The notes beneath the pieces are model-generated. The model saw nothing but the letters and a program-made list of their open reading frames with translations, did no database searches and was not told the DNA's origin. Source: an uncultured Deferribacteres bacterium (GTDB lineage: Bacteria; Zhuqueibacterota; JdFR-76; DREG01). Taken from it: 64,000 bases of DNA. The stretch lies in assembly GCA_913009825.1 (NCBI GenBank), contig CAJVYQ010000002.1:82675-146674 (forward strand). Direction: 5' to 3'. Position numbers and translations under genes: made by a program. Below are positions 60,262 to 64,000 of this stretch, piece by piece. The number at the start of each line of letters is the position of its first letter. The stretch's first letter is position 1.

Positions 60262-61008
60262 TTGAACAACACATATCAACATATTCTCTCTACAATTGAA
60301 AAGAAAAGCACGAACTTTTTTGTGCTGATCGATCCGGATAAAACCAATATTGCCGATGCTATTTTGACGTGCAATATGGCCCAGGAGGCCGGGGCGGATG
60401 GAATCCTGATCGGCGGCAGTTTGCTTTTTTCCAACCAGTTCGATGAATTTATTTTGGGTGTAAAACGTGAAACCACGCTGCCGCTCATTATTTTTCCCGG
60501 CAATTCCCGGCAAATATCCCCCCATGCCGATGCGATTCTGTTCCTGTCCTTTATCAGTAGCCGTAATCCTAATTATTTGATCGGTGAACAGGTAATCGCC
60601 GCGCCGATTATCAGATCGATGAATCTGGAACCCATTTCAACCGGTTACATGCACATCGAATCCGGCAATGTAACCACAGTTGAATTTTTGAGCGGCTCCC
60701 GTTCCATTCCCAGAAACAAAACGGACATTGCTGTGGCACATGCCCTGGCAGCGGAATATATGGGCATGAAACTGATCTACCTGGAAGCCGGCAGCGGGGC
60801 GCATCTTTCTGTGCCAAATGAGATGATTGCGGAAATTTCCAGCCAAGTGACTGTTCCGGTTGTTGTGGGTGGCGGTATAAAAACGCCGGGGGAAGCGCGG
60901 GAAAAAGTGGTGGCAGGTGCAAAAATAATTGTCATCGGTAATTTTTTGGAGAAACATTTTTCTCTTCAAAATGTCCGGGAATTTTCTAATGCCGTGCACG
61001 GCGCGTAG
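60262..61008 (+). CDS. pcrB: geranylgeranylglyceryl/heptaprenylglyceryl phosphate synthase family (PcrB/GGGPS-like TIM barrel)
   Basis: FFVLIDPDK...ADGILIGGS...GGGIKTPGEAREKVVAGAKIIVIGN matches the GGGP synthase family signature. Confidence 0.65.
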   Translation: MNNTYQHILSTIEKKSTNFFVLIDPDKTNIADAILTCNMAQEAGADGILIGGSLLFSNQFDEFILGVKRETTLPLIIFPGNSRQISPHADAILFLSFISSRNPNYLIGEQVIAAPIIRSMNLEPISTGYMHIESGNVTTVEFLSGSRSIPRNKTDIAVAHALAAEYMGMKLIYLEAGSGAHLSVPNEMIAEISSQVTVPVVVGGGIKTPGEAREKVVAGAKIIVIGNFLEKHFSLQNVREFSNAVHGA

Positions 61009-61022
61009 GGAGTTCTTTTTTT

Positions 61023-61826
61023 ATGGTTGATATCCATTCCCATCTTCTCCCCGATTATGATGACGGCCCCCCCACCATCGACCACACCCGCAAAATGCTG
61101 GAAGTGGCGGAACAGGGCGGCACCAGAATAATTGTCGCCACACCGCATATTCTTGATATAACGGATTATGACCGGGAAGATGAAATACTGCATAAATTTA
61201 ATCTGGTGCGGGAGTTGATTAAAAAAGACGGCCGGAATCTAAAAATTTTTCTTGCCGGTGAAATTTTTTTGTTTCCGGATACAAAATTAGACCGTGTCTT
61301 TTCTACGTTTAATAATAAAAAAAAATATGCTCTGGTTGAATTTGGCATGCGGCAAATTCCGGATTTCGTCCCGCAAAAATTATTTGATTTTGTCATGAAA
61401 GGGTTGCGACCAATTTTGGCTCATCCGGAGCGCTACATTCCCATTATTAAATTCCCCCAATATGCTTATAAATTTGTCCAGATGGATGTGGCGCTGCAGA
61501 TGAATGCGGGCAGTATTTTGGGCGCTTTCGGAGATTCGGTAAAACGCACAGCCCGGCAACTGCTCGAACATCGTTGCATTCATATCATTGCTTCCGACGG
61601 CCATAATATCAATTCCCGCTCTATTAATTTGGAGGAAGTGCGTAAATATATTGTCAACACTTATGGAGAAAAACAGGCAAAAATTCTACTGGAAGAGAAT
61701 CCGCTGCGGGCAATCCGGGGCGAACCTCTGATCAAAGAAGAACCGATTCCCTTTGAAGAGGAAACGGACGACAGGTCGATCTGGAACAGATTCAAAAAGA
61801 AAACAGGATTGGGTAAGTTTATTTGA
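61023..61826 (+). CDS. cpsB: PHP-domain Mn-dependent protein-tyrosine phosphatase (CpsB/YwqE family)
   Basis: MVDIHSHLLPDYDDGP...ATPHI is the CpsB N-terminal metal-binding motif. AHPERY and ASDGHN are also present. Confidence 0.75.
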   Translation: MVDIHSHLLPDYDDGPPTIDHTRKMLEVAEQGGTRIIVATPHILDITDYDREDEILHKFNLVRELIKKDGRNLKIFLAGEIFLFPDTKLDRVFSTFNNKKKYALVEFGMRQIPDFVPQKLFDFVMKGLRPILAHPERYIPIIKFPQYAYKFVQMDVALQMNAGSILGAFGDSVKRTARQLLEHRCIHIIASDGHNINSRSINLEEVRKYIVNTYGEKQAKILLEENPLRAIRGEPLIKEEPIPFEEETDDRSIWNRFKKKTGLGKFI

Positions 61827-62425
61827 TGGATACAAAACGCAAAATGATCGAGCGGCAATTTACGGAAAGCGCGTCTGTGAAGACAAAAATGGCTGAGATG
61901 CTTCCCGCGGAAATAGAAACGGTTGGTGATGTTTTAATCCGGGCAATCCGGCAGCGGAAGAAAATTTTATGGTGCGGCAACGGAGGAAGCGCCGCCGATG
62001 CCCAGCATTTGTCTACCGAACTGGTCAGCCGTTTACGTTTCAACCGACCGGCGATCGCTTCCATCGCACTGACAACGGATACTTCCTTCCTGACGGCTCA
62101 TGCCAACGATTTTGGCTTCGATGATATTTTTGCCCGGCAGGTGGAAGCTTTGGGAAACGAAGGGGATGTGCTGATCGGTATCAGTACCAGCGGCAATTCG
62201 GAGAATATCATTCGCGCCATGGATCGGGCAAAACAGCGGAAAATTACCATGGTGGTTCTCTCCGGCAAAGACGGCGGTAAATTGAAGCGCATCGCTGATT
62301 ATAATTTGTCGGTCCCTTCCCGGGAAACGCAAAGAATTCAGGAAGGGCATATCACCATCGGCCACATTCTTTGCGATTTGATTGAACAGGAGTTGTATGC
62401 AGCAGAGTATGACCGGAATGGATGA
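61823..62425 (+). CDS. gmhA: SIS-domain phosphoheptose isomerase
   Basis: The motifs ILWCGNGGSAADAQH and GISTSGNSENI are present. About 200 aa. Confidence 0.8.
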   Translation: MMDTKRKMIERQFTESASVKTKMAEMLPAEIETVGDVLIRAIRQRKKILWCGNGGSAADAQHLSTELVSRLRFNRPAIASIALTTDTSFLTAHANDFGFDDIFARQVEALGNEGDVLIGISTSGNSENIIRAMDRAKQRKITMVVLSGKDGGKLKRIADYNLSVPSRETQRIQEGHITIGHILCDLIEQELYAAEYDRNG

Positions 62426-63629
62426 ATCCCGTTTGTTAACCGAAGGTAGTGATAAATTACGCGTAGCTGCACTCTATTTTCTGTATCTGTTCGCCGCGTT
62501 TCTTTCCATCTCCATTGCCGGTACGCAAATTTCCTACACTTTTTCTCTGCTCTTGTTTCTGGTTTTGCTTGGCAAAAAGAAGATAGATTTTTGGGGCAAT
62601 CGCGCCATAACCCTGCCGGTTTTATCTCTTTTTGTTGTAGCTGTTTTGGCGACCATTTTTTCTCTGTCACCTGCAGACAGTCTGTACAATTTGCGCAAAT
62701 TTTTACTTATCCCAATTGTTTTCCTGATTCCCGGTTTGATTAAAACCAAAAAAGAATTAATTGTTCTTGTTGCTGTATTTTTAGGCACCGCTTTTTTGAT
62801 GGCTTTGTTTGGCACCGGGAAATATCTGTACACAAGCTGGAACAAAGTAATTGCTACCCAATCTACTACAATGACCTGGGGCGCAATGTCCCTGTTTTTC
62901 GTTCTTGGTTGGGCCTCTTTGTTTGCCGTTTTGAAAGATTTTCGTTTTCGTATCATTTCAGTTGCTGCTCTGATCCCTCAAATTGCCGCGCTCATTTTAT
63001 CTTATGTGCGGGGTTCCTATCTGGGCATGCTTGCCGGATTGCTGGTTATCGGTTTCCTGAAACAGAAAAAATTGATGCTGTATCTGTTTATTGTGATCAT
63101 CATTTTGCTCATGTTATTCCCCGGCTCTGTCTGGCAGCGAGTAAAAAGTATCCCCGATTTAAATGTAGGCAGTACCCAGGTGCGGTTAAATCAATGGCGG
63201 GATTCAATCGGTATTTTTAAGGACTATCCGGTCCTGGGTGTCGGTTGGATCGATCTGCATGATGTTCATATTGCCCACGCTCCGCCCGGCGCAGATTTGA
63301 GCCGGCAGGAATTTCAAATCGGCCATTTCCACAATAATTACATTCAGATATTAATGATATTTGGCATTCCGGGACTACTGATTTTTCTCTGGTTATGCTG
63401 GGCGTTGCTGCGTCAGGAATGGAACATTTTCCGGAAAACGGCAAAAGATGATTTTTTGCAGGCGGTTTCCCTGTTTGCTTTTGCCGGCACTGTCGGTTTT
63501 ATGATCAACGGATTTTTCGACTGGACATTCGGCGATGAAGAAGTTGTCATGATTCTGTGGTTTGTCGTTGGCCTGTCTTTGGCGGCGCAAAAAATTTCCG
63601 GTTTGGAAACGACAGAGAAACAGAAATAG
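62382..63629 (+). CDS. O-antigen ligase/polymerase family membrane protein (Wzy_C-like)
   Basis: It has about 10-12 TM helices. A periplasmic loop carries conserved H/R (ILSYVRGSYLG..., HDVHIAHAPPG). It lies next to the gmhA/cpsB envelope genes. The start within 62382-62410 is uncertain. Confidence 0.5.
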   Translation: MNRSCMQQSMTGMDESRLLTEGSDKLRVAALYFLYLFAAFLSISIAGTQISYTFSLLLFLVLLGKKKIDFWGNRAITLPVLSLFVVAVLATIFSLSPADSLYNLRKFLLIPIVFLIPGLIKTKKELIVLVAVFLGTAFLMALFGTGKYLYTSWNKVIATQSTTMTWGAMSLFFVLGWASLFAVLKDFRFRIISVAALIPQIAALILSYVRGSYLGMLAGLLVIGFLKQKKLMLYLFIVIIILLMLFPGSVWQRVKSIPDLNVGSTQVRLNQWRDSIGIFKDYPVLGVGWIDLHDVHIAHAPPGADLSRQEFQIGHFHNNYIQILMIFGIPGLLIFLWLCWALLRQEWNIFRKTAKDDFLQAVSLFAFAGTVGFMINGFFDWTFGDEEVVMILWFVVGLSLAAQKISGLETTEKQK

Positions 63630-63756
63630 ATTCATCATTGCTCTCCTTCTCATAATTCTGTGGAAGGTTGACAGATTGTTTGCTAAATTGATAAAAAGAC
63701 ATTTTATACAGAGATTGTTAAAGAAGTAAATTCTGTAAAAAATCTTTGAGGTCTGT

Positions 63757-63961
63757 ATGAAACTAAAAATAATTCTCCACCATGCTGAAGAAGGTGGTTA
63801 TTGGGCGGTAGGTTCCTGCTATTCCTGGCTGTGCAACGCAGGGCGAAAATTTTGAAGACCTATTGGCGAATTTATATGAGGCGATTGAAGGATGTTTATC
63901 CACCGATATTGATGAGAAAGAAATATCTGAACAGGATAAAGTTTTAGAGATTGCTGTATGA
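63757..63961 (+). pseudogene. hicB: HicB-family antitoxin gene with apparent +1 frameshift (or sequencing error)
   Basis: MKLKIILHHAEEGGYWA is followed, after a 1-nt shift near 63810, by VPAIPGCATQGENFEDLLANLYEAIEGCL.... Together these are the classic UPF0150/HicB sequence. The unshifted frame stops after 32 aa. Confidence 0.55.
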
Positions 63962-64000
63962 AATCAGTCTCGGGAAGACAATTTTGCAGAATATTAGAAA
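63958..64000 (+). CDS. hicA: HicA-family toxin, 5' end (truncated by window edge)
   Basis: MKSVSGRQFCRILE matches the HicA N-terminus (M.K.SG.E.I.ILEK.GW). The ATG overlaps the hicB stop (ATGA). Confidence 0.5.
   Translation, partial: MKSVSGRQFCRILE

Overview
This 64-kb window is mostly a chromosomal housekeeping region from a moderately AT-rich bacterium. A type-IX-secretion C-terminal sorting domain on a giant surface protein suggests an FCB-superphylum-like lineage. TGA is used as a stop codon.

The coding backbone, in order: gyrB (3' part) and gyrA; pdxA; a SAM-dependent methyltransferase; ftsE-ftsX; hrcA-grpE-dnaJ; comEA with a pilin-like gene and two hypothetical genes; rsmD-coaD; pta; aspC; a TPR protein; a small secreted protein paralogous to the N-terminus of a 3189-aa repeat-rich surface protein; an outer-membrane beta-barrel/TPR protein; a partner-switching pair (kinase-phosphatase-TPR fusion plus a STAS protein); an RDD protein; obg; dprA; gltX; monomeric icd; an M14-like hydrolase; a TRAP-like permease with a small lipoprotein; tadA; dnaX-ybaB-recR; pgsA-pgpA-cinA; thpR-recA-recX-alaS; and a pcrB (GGGP synthase-like)-cpsB-gmhA-O-antigen-ligase cluster.

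RNA genes: nine tRNAs (Ser-CGA, Ser-TGA, Ser-GCT, Gln-CTG, Arg-TCG, Glu-CTC, Arg-ACG, Ser-GGA, Ala-CGC), one tRNA-Glu 5' fragment, and a large Bacillus-type SRP RNA directly upstream of dnaX.

Two tRNA genes carry insertion scars. At tRNA-Ser(TGA) there is a GIY-YIG ORF with an in-frame TGA, followed by a duplicated tRNA 3' half. At tRNA-Arg(TCG) there is a ~2-kb low-GC islet bounded by a 56-bp direct repeat of the tRNA 3' half. The islet holds an integrase C-terminal remnant and a tightly coupled three-gene cassette (TIGR04255-like protein, HicB-like protein, HicA-like protein). This islet is my best candidate for an undescribed toxin-antitoxin or defence-like module. A second, frameshifted hicB followed by the start of hicA lies at the window end.
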